Shown here in pieces: positions 55,524 through 64,000 of a stretch of DNA of 64,000 nt. Position numbers and translations under genes: made by a program. The stretch's first letter is position 1. Every line of letters starts with the position of its first letter. The notes under the pieces are model-generated. The model was not told the origin of the DNA and did not search any database. It was given only the letters and a program-made list of their open reading frames with translations. The DNA lies in the NCBI GenBank assembly GCA_036496645.1, contig DASXKU010000073.1:539-64538 (forward strand). The letters are read 5' to 3'. The DNA comes from Gaiellaceae bacterium. Its GTDB lineage: Bacteria > Actinomycetota > Thermoleophilia > Gaiellales > Gaiellaceae.

Positions 55524-56269
55524 GCGCACGTCCGTCGGCCCACGAGCTCGACCCCGACCTGCGCGATCGTCTGCTCGCTCTCGACGAACCCGTAGCGCAT
55601 CCCAACTGGCAGGACGTCGTGTCGCGGTCGGGTGCAGAGCGGCCGCGGCGAACAGCCGTCCGAGCAACACTCGTCCTTGTCGTCGCATGCGCCGCAGCGA
55701 TTGCGGTCGCGCCTGCGATGGGCCTTCGACTCGGCCCCCTCAACATCAACTTCTGGAGTTCTCCGCACGCGCCGCCGTCGGCTCAGTCGGCGTTCACCGA
55801 AGCTAAGTCGTGGCTCGGCGACGCGAACCTTCGAGGGCTCGATTTCTCGCAGAGCCGCCGTATCTTCGTCGAGGTGTTCCGCGGCGATACCGAGCGCCTA
55901 TTCGTGGCACCGCGCACCGCCGGCGGATTCTGTTACGTCTGGGCGACCCAGCCGGGGAATCCGGGTGTCTGGGCGGACGAGCTCGGCGGCTGCGCGGTGC
56001 ACGCCCAGGCGCTCTATCTGGGGTACGACGACACCCGAATCAGCATCGTCGCGAACCGACGCCTTGTCGACCACGTCGACGTGGAACTCGACAACGGCAA
56101 GACGGTAGAGGCGAACCTGCGCTGGGTTTCGGCTCCGGTCAACGCCGGGTTCGTTCTCTATCAGGCGCCAAGCCACACGCACGCGCTCGCGGTGGTGGCG
56201 ATCGGCCCGAACGGCGTCGTCCAATCGGATCCAATCGCTCAGCAGATCTACGCGGTTCCGACGCGATGA
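55520..56269 (+). CDS. sigma-coupled single-pass membrane protein (putative minimal anti-sigma factor)
   Basis: ATGA overlap with the sigma gene. About 45 cytoplasmic residues, a TM helix (ATLVLVVACAAAIAVAPA), and an outside domain shared with 56266-56850. Confidence 0.65.
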   Translation: MSARPSAHELDPDLRDRLLALDEPVAHPNWQDVVSRSGAERPRRTAVRATLVLVVACAAAIAVAPAMGLRLGPLNINFWSSPHAPPSAQSAFTEAKSWLGDANLRGLDFSQSRRIFVEVFRGDTERLFVAPRTAGGFCYVWATQPGNPGVWADELGGCAVHAQALYLGYDDTRISIVANRRLVDHVDVELDNGKTVEANLRWVSAPVNAGFVLYQAPSHTHALAVVAIGPNGVVQSDPIAQQIYAVPTR

Positions 56270-56850
56270 CGCGCGCACCGGTCTTGATCGTGCTCGTCGG
56301 ATTCCTCGCGCTCGCAGGAGTGGGCTTCCGCGCCGCACCGTCGAGCGGCATCATCAATTTCGCGTCTGCTCCGCGCGCGCCGCAGTCTGCTCGATCGACG
56401 TTTACGCGCAACACGCTCTTGCCGAAGTCGATCGTGCGCCGGCTGAAGCTGAGTCAGACGCGCCGCGTTGCGACCGAGGTCTTTCCCGGCATGAGCGAGC
56501 GGCTGTTCGTGGCCCCGGCTACCCGCGGCGACTACTGCTACGAGTGGGTCTCGGCGCTCGGCAGCACCTGGCTGGCCGAGTTCAGCGCCTGCGACGTTCG
56601 TACCCGGCCGATGGTCGTGGGATACGACGACACGCGGATCAGCATCATGGCCAACAAGGCGCTCGTCGAAGTCGTTCGCGCGAAATTGAGTAATGGAAGC
56701 GAAGCGCAGCTCGCGCTTCACTGGGTGTCGGCTCCGATCAGCGCCGGCTTCCTTCTCTACCAGCCGCCAAAGGGACTTCAAGTCACTCAGATCGAGGCGC
56801 TCAAAGGCACAAGCGTCGTCGAGACCGATCCGATCACCGCAATCCCGTGA
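56266..56850 (+). CDS. secreted/membrane-anchored paralogue of the 55520 outside domain
   Basis: ATGA overlap. N-terminal hydrophobic helix. Shared blocks ERLFVAP.T.G.(F/Y)CY.W, GYDDTRISI.AN and L.WVSAP...GF.LYQ.P. Confidence 0.65.
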   Translation: MTRAPVLIVLVGFLALAGVGFRAAPSSGIINFASAPRAPQSARSTFTRNTLLPKSIVRRLKLSQTRRVATEVFPGMSERLFVAPATRGDYCYEWVSALGSTWLAEFSACDVRTRPMVVGYDDTRISIMANKALVEVVRAKLSNGSEAQLALHWVSAPISAGFLLYQPPKGLQVTQIEALKGTSVVETDPITAIP

Positions 56851-57305
56851 CTCGAGCGCCGTCCTTCATCAGGAACATGGGCCCGCGTGCCAGAAGGCGG
56901 TTCGCCTGGTTGAGCGTCGTCGTCCTGGCGGCGATCGGCATCGGCGGCTACTACGCCGCAACGTCGGGCGGGAACGCACCGAAACATGACGCGCTCCCGA
57001 ATCCCACGATGAACCTGGGAATCTCCTACGGCTGGACACCGCAGCAAGTCGTTCATCAAATCGGGCAGCCGACAAGCAAGAAAGGGAGCTGCTGGATCTA
57101 CGACTCGCCGACTCGTCACGTTGCCGGCATCTACGCAGGTTCGTACACCGACAAGGTCAGGTTCTGCTTCCTGGCTGGCGTCGTCTCTGACGAAAAGGAC
57201 CACGAGATCGCGTACACATGGCACAACGTCCGCCACCCCGCGCAGTGGATCGTCCCGCTGACGTTCAGGCCGTCGTACGAGACGATCCCCGGGCTGAAGT
57301 TCTAG
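56847..57305 (+). CDS. membrane-anchored small protein with SmpA/OmlA (BamE)-like motif
   Basis: GTGA overlap. TM helix (FAWLSVVVLAAIGIGGYYA), then GWTPQQVVHQIGQP...GSCWIY and RFCF. Confidence 0.65.
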   Translation: MTRAPSFIRNMGPRARRRFAWLSVVVLAAIGIGGYYAATSGGNAPKHDALPNPTMNLGISYGWTPQQVVHQIGQPTSKKGSCWIYDSPTRHVAGIYAGSYTDKVRFCFLAGVVSDEKDHEIAYTWHNVRHPAQWIVPLTFRPSYETIPGLKF

Positions 57306-57315
57306 GCCCAGTCGG

Positions 57316-58341
57316 TTGCAGACCCGCTCTCCCTGGAAGCTTGCCTTCAGCCGCTTCCGCCGCGACCGGTTGTCGTTTGCCGCAGGCTGCGTCTTCGCCT
57401 TCATCGTGATCGTGTCGTTCGCCGGTGGTGCAACGGCGAGCGCGCTGCTGCATCACAACGGCACCGACATTTTCCCGTACGCAGCCAACGACAACCAGAA
57501 GCCGGTCGGACCGTGGACACGCGTCCCGGCAAAACATGGTTCCTACGGCTACTCGAACGGCGACCTCACGCCGCCGCCGAAAGGCGCCCCCACGACGCTG
57601 CTCATCTTTGGCGCCGACGGCGCGCTCGGCCGAGACGAGTTCATCCGGGTCGTCGACGGCGGTAAGGCCTCGCTCGAGATCGCGATCGGCGGAGTTCTGA
57701 TCGCGCTGTTGATCGGACTACCACTCGGCGCCATCTCCGGTTACTTCGGAGGAGTCACAGACACGCTCGTCTCGCGAGTCACGGAAACGGTGATGTCGTT
57801 CCCGCTGTTGCTCTTTCTCGTGTTCGCGAGCGTCAACCTCGACTACACCCTGAAACCGATCGGCGCGTGGGGATCGATCATTCCGGAAGGCGTGGTCGCC
57901 GAAGCGGTGCTGATCGGGGTCTTCACATCTTTCTATCCGACGCGTCTCGTACGAGCGCGGCTGCTGACGCTCCGGCGCGAAGAGTTCGTCGAAGCAGCGG
58001 AGATGGTCGGCGCTTCACACTGGCGGATCCTCCGCCACCACCTGCTGCCACATCTGCGACCAACGCTTCTCGTGTGGGCGGCAGTCGCGACCGCTACGAA
58101 CATCCTGCTCGAGGTCGGGCTCAGCTTCATCGGCGCAGGCGTACAACCGGAGACGCCGACGTGGGGCTCGCTGCTCTCGACGACGTGGGGAACGATCTAT
58201 CAGCCTCAGCTCTTCACGAGCGTGAGCTTCACGGTCTGGCAGACCATCTTCCCGACGGCTGCGATCTTGCTCTGCGTCCTCTCCCTCAACCAGCTGTCCG
58301 AGGGACTCCGCCACGCCCTCGAACCGCAGGCTGACCGATGA
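57316..58341 (+). CDS. ABC transporter permease, DppC/OppC-like
   Basis: TTG start 10 nt after the upstream stop. EAA region (EFVEAAEMVGASHWRILRHHLLP). Confidence 0.85.
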   Translation: MQTRSPWKLAFSRFRRDRLSFAAGCVFAFIVIVSFAGGATASALLHHNGTDIFPYAANDNQKPVGPWTRVPAKHGSYGYSNGDLTPPPKGAPTTLLIFGADGALGRDEFIRVVDGGKASLEIAIGGVLIALLIGLPLGAISGYFGGVTDTLVSRVTETVMSFPLLLFLVFASVNLDYTLKPIGAWGSIIPEGVVAEAVLIGVFTSFYPTRLVRARLLTLRREEFVEAAEMVGASHWRILRHHLLPHLRPTLLVWAAVATATNILLEVGLSFIGAGVQPETPTWGSLLSTTWGTIYQPQLFTSVSFTVWQTIFPTAAILLCVLSLNQLSEGLRHALEPQADR

Positions 58342-59396
58342 GCAGAATCGTCTCCTTCCTGATTCGTCGCGCCATCGCCGGAGTGTTCACCGTCTGGGTG
58401 ATGTTCACCTTCGCGTTCGTCGTCTTCTGGTCGATCCCGAGCCAGCCCGCGAATTTCGTCTACCCCGGCCGCCAGCACCTCACCGACTACCAAATCCAAC
58501 AAGCCGATCACATCCTCGGCATCGACCGGCCCAAGCTCACGCAGTACTACGACTACGTGTGGCACGTCCTGCATTGGAAGTTCGGCCGGTCATGGGGGGA
58601 TTACGCCTTCAATCCGGGCTTGCCGAGCGGAATCCACTACCCGGACGTCTCGAGCGAACTGTCGCGGGAGATCGGCGTCACGCTTTCGATCACGCTTGGT
58701 GGTGCGCTGTTCGTGCTGTTGCTTTCCGTTCCGCTCGGCGCCATTGCGGGCAGCCATCTGCGCTCACTCAGCGACCGCACGATCTCGTTGGTCGCGCTGA
58801 TCGGTGTCTGCACACACCCGATGGTGATCGCGCTCATCCTGCGCGGCATCTTCGGCGAGCACCTGCACTGGGTGCCGCCAACCGGCTACTGCCCGCTTCG
58901 GCAAAGCGGATACCCGGGTTGCGACGGCGTTCGCGATTGGGCGAGCCACCTCATCCTGCCGTGGACCACGTTCACATTGCTTTTTCTCGCGCTCTACATC
59001 CGCATGATCAGAGCGAGCGTCGCGGAAACGCTCCCGGAGGACTTCGTGCGCACCGCGCGTTCCAAAGGCGCTAGCGAGCTGCGCGTGATGGCCCGCCACG
59101 TTCTGCCCAACGCGTCACTGCGCGTGTTGACGATGGTCGGCATGGAAATCGGAACCGCAATCGCCGTCTGCGCATACATCGAAACCGCGTTCGGCATGCA
59201 AGGTCTCGGACTGGCCGGCATCCAGGCGATGCTCGGCCTCGACTTGCCGGAGATCCTCGGCGTCGTCACGGCGATCACGCTGATCGTCGTCCTCGGCAAC
59301 CTGATCGTCGACGGCCTCTACGCGTTCATCGACCCGCGCGTTCGCTTCACTGTCGACAACAATCGGACAAAGAGTCTCGCCGGCGGCGTCATATGA
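58338..59396 (+). CDS. ABC transporter permease, DppB/OppB-like
   Basis: ATGA overlap. EAA region (DFVRTARSKGASELRVMARHVLP). Confidence 0.85.
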   Translation: MSRIVSFLIRRAIAGVFTVWVMFTFAFVVFWSIPSQPANFVYPGRQHLTDYQIQQADHILGIDRPKLTQYYDYVWHVLHWKFGRSWGDYAFNPGLPSGIHYPDVSSELSREIGVTLSITLGGALFVLLLSVPLGAIAGSHLRSLSDRTISLVALIGVCTHPMVIALILRGIFGEHLHWVPPTGYCPLRQSGYPGCDGVRDWASHLILPWTTFTLLFLALYIRMIRASVAETLPEDFVRTARSKGASELRVMARHVLPNASLRVLTMVGMEIGTAIAVCAYIETAFGMQGLGLAGIQAMLGLDLPEILGVVTAITLIVVLGNLIVDGLYAFIDPRVRFTVDNNRTKSLAGGVI

Positions 59397-59437
59397 CCGC
59401 TGGCCTGCTCGAGCGGGTCACCGCGGCACCGAGTGCG

Positions 59438-59466
59438 TTGACAGTAGTTTTGCGATAGCGGATAGT
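59438..59466 (+). promoter_or_regulatory. sigma-70-like promoter TTGACA-N17-GATAGT, placed for a leaderless mRNA
   Basis: -35 at 59438-59443 and -10 at 59461-59466. The GTG start codon is at 59473, 7 nt after the -10. Confidence 0.5.
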
Positions 59467-59472
59467 CGGGGC

Positions 59473-60525
59473 GTGACCATCGTGATGGAAGAGTTCACCA
59501 CCGGTGAGCCCTCCTCTGATCAGCAGATCGCCGAGGCGTTTGGCGAGAACACGCCCCGCTCTGCCTGGCGCATCCTGGGACGAAACAAGGCGCGCGTCGT
59601 CTATGGCCTGCTTCGAGAAGCTGAGAACGGTGACCTCGGGACGAAGCGGCTACTTGAAGCAACACTGATTCGCGAGTGTGTGTATCGCGCCGTTTCAGCT
59701 GCGTCCAACAAATATCGCGACCCGCGACAGCGACTGATGGACTGGTTCTCGGGAGCTGCAATCGAGACGACGTGGTCGGAGCTGCATCAGGCCGAGCAGC
59801 GGCTGTTGCTCGTGCAGCCGGTGGCCGCGGTTCAGAGCCGAGTCGACGACATCCTTGCCGCACTCAAGAGCAACCTCAAAGCCGATGATGCGCGACTGGC
59901 CCCGGCAACAACGCGCCTGACCGCGCTGCGGGGAGCAACGCACGACAAGATCGACGAAGCGCGCGAAGAGCTGCGCACGTATCAACAATGGGCCGACGAC
60001 GCCGGCGACGAAGCGCACGCGAACGTTCGCAGCTTGCGCAACCTGCTGATCGCGATCGGCGGCTGCGTCGTGGTCGTGCTCGTCGTGCTCGGAACGTTGA
60101 ACTGGGTGAGCTCGGGCTTCCTCAATCTCAGCGGACCTACGACCTCGAGCAAACACAGCATCGGCGTCTGGGAGATCGAAGCAATCGCGGCGCTCGGCGG
60201 CATGATCGCCGCGATCTTCACGATCGCGAAGCTCGGTGGCTTCGGCGGCCCGTACCGCTTGCCTGTCTACCAGGCGCTCATTCGCGTTCCGGCCGGCGCC
60301 GCCGTTGGGCTCGCCGCAGTGACACTGACTCAGAGCGGATTGATCACAGCGCTTAAGCCAGAGAGCGGCCTCGGTGTGCTGGCCGTCGCACTGATCTTCG
60401 GCTACTCGCCAGACGTATTCCTTCGCTTCATCGATCAGAAAGCAGCGACCCTGCTCGGGCAAGCGCAGTCCAAAGACGACCCAAGCGCGACCTCGCCGGT
60501 TGCTTCGACATCCGCCGGCAGCTGA
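59473..60525 (+). CDS. hypothetical membrane protein: ~190-aa helical cytoplasmic domain + 4 TM helices
   Basis: Clean 350-aa frame. TM segments LLIAIGGCVVVVLVVLGTL, IEAIAALGGMIAAIFTIAKL, VPAGAAVGLAAVTLTQSGLI and GVLAVALIFGYSP. No family recognised. Confidence 0.7.
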   Translation: MTIVMEEFTTGEPSSDQQIAEAFGENTPRSAWRILGRNKARVVYGLLREAENGDLGTKRLLEATLIRECVYRAVSAASNKYRDPRQRLMDWFSGAAIETTWSELHQAEQRLLLVQPVAAVQSRVDDILAALKSNLKADDARLAPATTRLTALRGATHDKIDEAREELRTYQQWADDAGDEAHANVRSLRNLLIAIGGCVVVVLVVLGTLNWVSSGFLNLSGPTTSSKHSIGVWEIEAIAALGGMIAAIFTIAKLGGFGGPYRLPVYQALIRVPAGAAVGLAAVTLTQSGLITALKPESGLGVLAVALIFGYSPDVFLRFIDQKAATLLGQAQSKDDPSATSPVASTSAGS

Positions 60526-60591
60526 CGTCCGGGCGCGCCGTTGCACGACCGGGCCAAGAGCACGTGAAGGCGGCGATCCGCCGCGCGGTGG

Positions 60592-63500
60592 TCACCTACT
60601 GATGAGCGTTATCCGCCGTGTGAAGGTGGTGCTGTCGGCGGTGCTCACGGTCAACGTCGCAAGGATCGACTTGTGTCCCTTGAGCAGGTTCTCGCCCTTC
60701 TTCGTCAGGTGCAGCGTGACGACCGAAGCGTGCCCGGTCGAGAGCAGAGCGGTGCCGAGCGCGACGCGAACCGGACCGTGAGCGCCGCGCACATCCAGAT
60801 CGAGGACTGAGCGACAGCGTCCGCCGCCGCAGCGGACGGGAATGCTCACGTCGCCCTTGCGCGTCACGGTGAGTCGAATCGAGCGCAACGTCAGCTGCGG
60901 ACCGCCAAGCAGCGTCGCGTGTTGTGCCGGTCCGGCCACCAGCGCCCCGCTGGTGGGGCGCACCGTGACCACACCGCCGAAGTCGTGAGCGACCCGCGTG
61001 AACGTCGCTTGCTTCTTCGTCGTGCGCACCCGGAGATTCAGACCGGCGCTCGTGGTGAGCTGAACGTCGTAGCTCGCGCGCGGCCCGCTGCTCGCCCATG
61101 TGACCTTGACGGTGCTGCCCTGCCGGCGCACGCGCAGGTTGCGCACCAGCGGCCGTTGCGGCTTCGGCGCCTGGAACGTCGCGGCGTGGACGATCTGCCG
61201 CTGCACACCGTGCTCGAGCACAACCACGATCAGGTTGCGCTTGCCGGCGCGTCCGTCGACGGGACTGAAGCTCAGGCGACCGGACGTCTTTGCCGTGCGC
61301 AGGATCACGTGCTCGCCGCCGGCGCCCGACTCCTCGAACACGAGGCTCTGTCCGGCGACCTTGGCAGCGCCCCAAGAAAGGATGCGCGTTCGGCCCGTGC
61401 CGGTCACGCGCGCCTGGACGTTCGGCATCGGCAGGCCCGAGGCACTCTCGACGGAACGGAGCGGTGGCGAGCCGGCTTCGAGCGTGACGTGGTACGCACC
61501 GGTTCCAGGCTTGGCGATCGACACCGTTGTCACGTTGGTGCGGGCGTCAGGCAGCACGAGGAAGCCATGCTTCGCGTCGACGGTTGGCTTGCCCGCCTGC
61601 GTCGACACGCTCCGGCCATCCGGCCCGGAGATGCTGACGAGCGGCGGGCCGCCCGTCCCGACGAACTTGACGACGGCGAACTGCTTACCGGCCGGGAAGG
61701 TGAGGTCCGGGACCGCTACGGCGGACGCGGCTTCTCTGCGTGGGGCTGCCAAGTCGAACTTGTGCTCGTAGTCGGAGACCGAGCAGGCGCCGTTGTCCGC
61801 ACCGACGCCGTAGAAGGTCAGGTTCTTGCCGATGCTGTCCGTCGAGATGCTCGTTCCTGCAGAGCCCCACTTCTCGCCGGCGCCGACGGAGAGCGCACCG
61901 AACGGCGTGGTCAGTGAGCCGCAGAACGCGATGCCGTCGCTCGAGATCGCCGTGTCCGCCTCGGCCCCGAACACGGTGAGGCACGCGAACCGCAGCTTGA
62001 CGCCGAGGTCGCCTTCGAGGTTGAAGTCGTTGCCTTGGAATGCACCGGCGATCGTCCCACCCGCGGTGACGCCGAACGCCCGGTCGCTCTGACCGGGGCA
62101 ATCACCAACGGTGAGGTCGGCGTTGATGCCGGCCTTGAACGCGACGAACGGCTGCGAGAGACCGTAGTAGTCGACATCGGCGTCTGCGATCGGAATCAGG
62201 CCGAGCAGCGACGCTTCACCATGCACCTTCAACGTGAACGGGGACTGAATCTCCTTGCCGGCCGTCACTCCCGGAATACCGCTCGGCAGCTCCTCCTGGC
62301 TGTTGATCGCGAGATAGACACTGGCTTCGACATCAAGAGCGGAGAACTTGCCGATCTCCGGGCCGACGTCCATGCCGATGTCGCCCTGCAGATGGAAAGG
62401 TTTGTCGCCGAGCTCGGCGCCGATCGAGTTGATGACGACACCGGACGCGCCAAGAGGGATCTCGATGCCGTGCACTGCGACCCCGAGCCCGGTCAACTCG
62501 TCGCCGGTGATCTCGATCGAAGCGTCGATCCCCTTGTCGCCTGCGAAGACGCCCGCTCCGGGAAGCTTGAGCTCCGCCTCGCCCTCCCACTTCGTGCCCT
62601 CCTCGTGGGTCAGCGAGAGACTCGGCATCTCGATCGGCCCGAGATTGAAGGCGGTGCTCGCCTTCAACGTCGGTTCCTCGACCGTCCCGTCTTTGTCGAC
62701 GTCGAGGATGGTCTGCAGACCGGCGTCCGATCCGAAGATCGCCGGCATCCCGATCAGCGTCGTCACCTCGGTGCCGCCGTCGTCCTGCGGCGAAACGACG
62801 GTCGCGCCGGCGATCGGGAATCCGAACACGGCGGCGTCCGCGCTGACTTGATTCGCTGCGAGGATGAAGTGACTGTCACTCCCATCGAAGACGACGCTCA
62901 GCGGAGCTTCGTTCGTGGAGTAGAGCGAGGTCGTGCCGACCGCGATGTTCTCGGCCCCGCTCGTCGAGAGCGTGTTGGTGTGAATGTTGATCGACACCGT
63001 GCCGGTGCTTGACGCGGGCGTGAACGCCATGCCGTTGATCGAGAGCGTGCCGATGCCCTTGTACGTCGAGGTTCCGTCGGGGAGGTCGCCGGCCGGCGTT
63101 GCGCCCAGCCAGCAGCCGCTGACGGTGAACTGCGTGTTCGGGATCGTCTGCTCGTCGACTTGCTCCGCACCGGCCGGGCACTTCCCGCCGAGCGTGTCCA
63201 CGTCGACGGGAGTTCCCTGCCGGTCGCTGCCGACGAGGTTGAACACGTAGCGCGTGCCCGGATCGAGGCCGTCCACTGCCGCCGTGTAGTCCTCGTGCGT
63301 GAGCTCGTCGGCACCCGGATACGACTCGACGGTTTTGATCGTGGTCGTGTTGTCCGGATGATCGACCGGGTAGTAGATGAAGTGGTACGGCCCAGCGCCG
63401 GACGCGATGCCGTGCAGCGTCGCCGAAATTCGGGTGATTTCGGTCGCCGGCTCGGTCGAGACGAAACCGCCGGTCGTGAACGACACGATCCCCGTCTGCA

Positions 63501-64000
63501 GCCAGTTCTGGGCGCCGGAGCCGACAGTCTGTTGGAACCGCACCACCGCGTAGTACGTCGTGCCCGGCTGCAGGTTGCGCAAGTTCACGGTGTACTGCGA
63601 AACGAGCTGGTCGGAGGGCACCGGCTGGAACGCCGTCGTCGTCTTCGACTGAAACGCCTGGTCGAACTCGTTCTGCGCGAACTGTGCCTGCGTCACCGCA
63701 TCGACGCGAAACTCGGCGCCCTTCTCGAGGCCAACGTTCTCAACGTCGACCTGGAGCGTGGCTCCGACCGCCGCCGCCAATTGAACGTCGATCGATCCGT
63801 CCGGCCTCGTCGTCGTGAAGGTCTGATCGCCGCCGTAGACGACCGTGCCGTCCGCGTACTCGGCCCCCGCCCGGTAGTGGTACGTCGTGTTGGCGTTGAG
63901 GCCCGTCGCCTGGAGATCGACCGGGGTCGGATCAGACGTCGCAGCGACCTGATCGGTCGAGTCGACCTGGTTGCCGTAGGCGCTCGTGAGCCCGTACTGG
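60592..64000 (-). CDS. very large secreted/surface protein with FN3-like and Ig-like repeats (5' end outside window)
   Basis: The frame stays open from 63780 to the window edge (hand translation ...YHYRAGAEYADGTVVYGGDQTFTTT...). Has repeated FN3-like blocks (PGTTYYAVVRF, PGTRYVFNLV) and beta-rich Ig-like C-terminal modules. Confidence 0.8.
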   Translation of the reverse strand, partial: QYGLTSAYGNQVDSTDQVAATSDPTPVDLQATGLNANTTYHYRAGAEYADGTVVYGGDQTFTTTRPDGSIDVQLAAAVGATLQVDVENVGLEKGAEFRVDAVTQAQFAQNEFDQAFQSKTTTAFQPVPSDQLVSQYTVNLRNLQPGTTYYAVVRFQQTVGSGAQNWLQTGIVSFTTGGFVSTEPATEITRISATLHGIASGAGPYHFIYYPVDHPDNTTTIKTVESYPGADELTHEDYTAAVDGLDPGTRYVFNLVGSDRQGTPVDVDTLGGKCPAGAEQVDEQTIPNTQFTVSGCWLGATPAGDLPDGTSTYKGIGTLSINGMAFTPASSTGTVSINIHTNTLSTSGAENIAVGTTSLYSTNEAPLSVVFDGSDSHFILAANQVSADAAVFGFPIAGATVVSPQDDGGTEVTTLIGMPAIFGSDAGLQTILDVDKDGTVEEPTLKASTAFNLGPIEMPSLSLTHEEGTKWEGEAELKLPGAGVFAGDKGIDASIEITGDELTGLGVAVHGIEIPLGASGVVINSIGAELGDKPFHLQGDIGMDVGPEIGKFSALDVEASVYLAINSQEELPSGIPGVTAGKEIQSPFTLKVHGEASLLGLIPIADADVDYYGLSQPFVAFKAGINADLTVGDCPGQSDRAFGVTAGGTIAGAFQGNDFNLEGDLGVKLRFACLTVFGAEADTAISSDGIAFCGSLTTPFGALSVGAGEKWGSAGTSISTDSIGKNLTFYGVGADNGACSVSDYEHKFDLAAPRREAASAVAVPDLTFPAGKQFAVVKFVGTGGPPLVSISGPDGRSVSTQAGKPTVDAKHGFLVLPDARTNVTTVSIAKPGTGAYHVTLEAGSPPLRSVESASGLPMPNVQARVTGTGRTRILSWGAAKVAGQSLVFEESGAGGEHVILRTAKTSGRLSFSPVDGRAGKRNLIVVVLEHGVQRQIVHAATFQAPKPQRPLVRNLRVRRQGSTVKVTWASSGPRASYDVQLTTSAGLNLRVRTTKKQATFTRVAHDFGGVVTVRPTSGALVAGPAQHATLLGGPQLTLRSIRLTVTRKGDVSIPVRCGGGRCRSVLDLDVRGAHGPVRVALGTALLSTGHASVVTLHLTKKGENLLKGHKSILATLTVSTADSTTFTRRITLISR

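Overview
High-GC, actinobacterial-type chromosomal segment. About 70 protein genes are densely packed, and many are joined by 4-nt ATGA/GTGA stop-start overlaps. All calls come from reading the supplied six-frame translations and the DNA; no searches were run. Recognisable content: nadE, acs plus a satP-like acetate channel, a three-subunit molybdenum hydroxylase (S/L/M) with an amidohydrolase and a nearby MocA-like gene, and a SigR/RsrA-type redox sigma module with its GGAAT-N18-GTT promoter. Also present: acnA, a TPP riboswitch driving a cytX-like permease operon, an eight-gene GlcNAc/chitobiose operon with repeated TGGTATAGACCA operators, nagA, csp, infA, a peroxiredoxin, HU and one tRNA-Arg(CCT). 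Items most worth a second look: (1) a translationally coupled operon at 55047-59396 that joins a short ECF-type sigma factor, three membrane-anchored or secreted proteins and an ABC permease pair with no ATPase or binding protein. Parts of it are duplicated elsewhere in the window (4361-5487 and 35694-37810). (2) A perfect 47-bp duplication of the tRNA-Arg 3' end brackets an integrase-less ABC-2 exporter cassette. (3) A roughly 450-bp AT-rich islet at 34618-35090 carries a repeat-containing mini-ORF, two intrinsic terminators and a strongly SD-preceded 44-codon basic ORF. (4) A Mug-NUDIX fusion gene. (5) A PfkB-type kinase and a BNR-like protein lie under TPP-riboswitch control. Several genes have conserved N-termini with no canonical start codon. 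Many long Arg/Ala/Pro-rich ORFs in the track are GC-driven artefacts and were not called.
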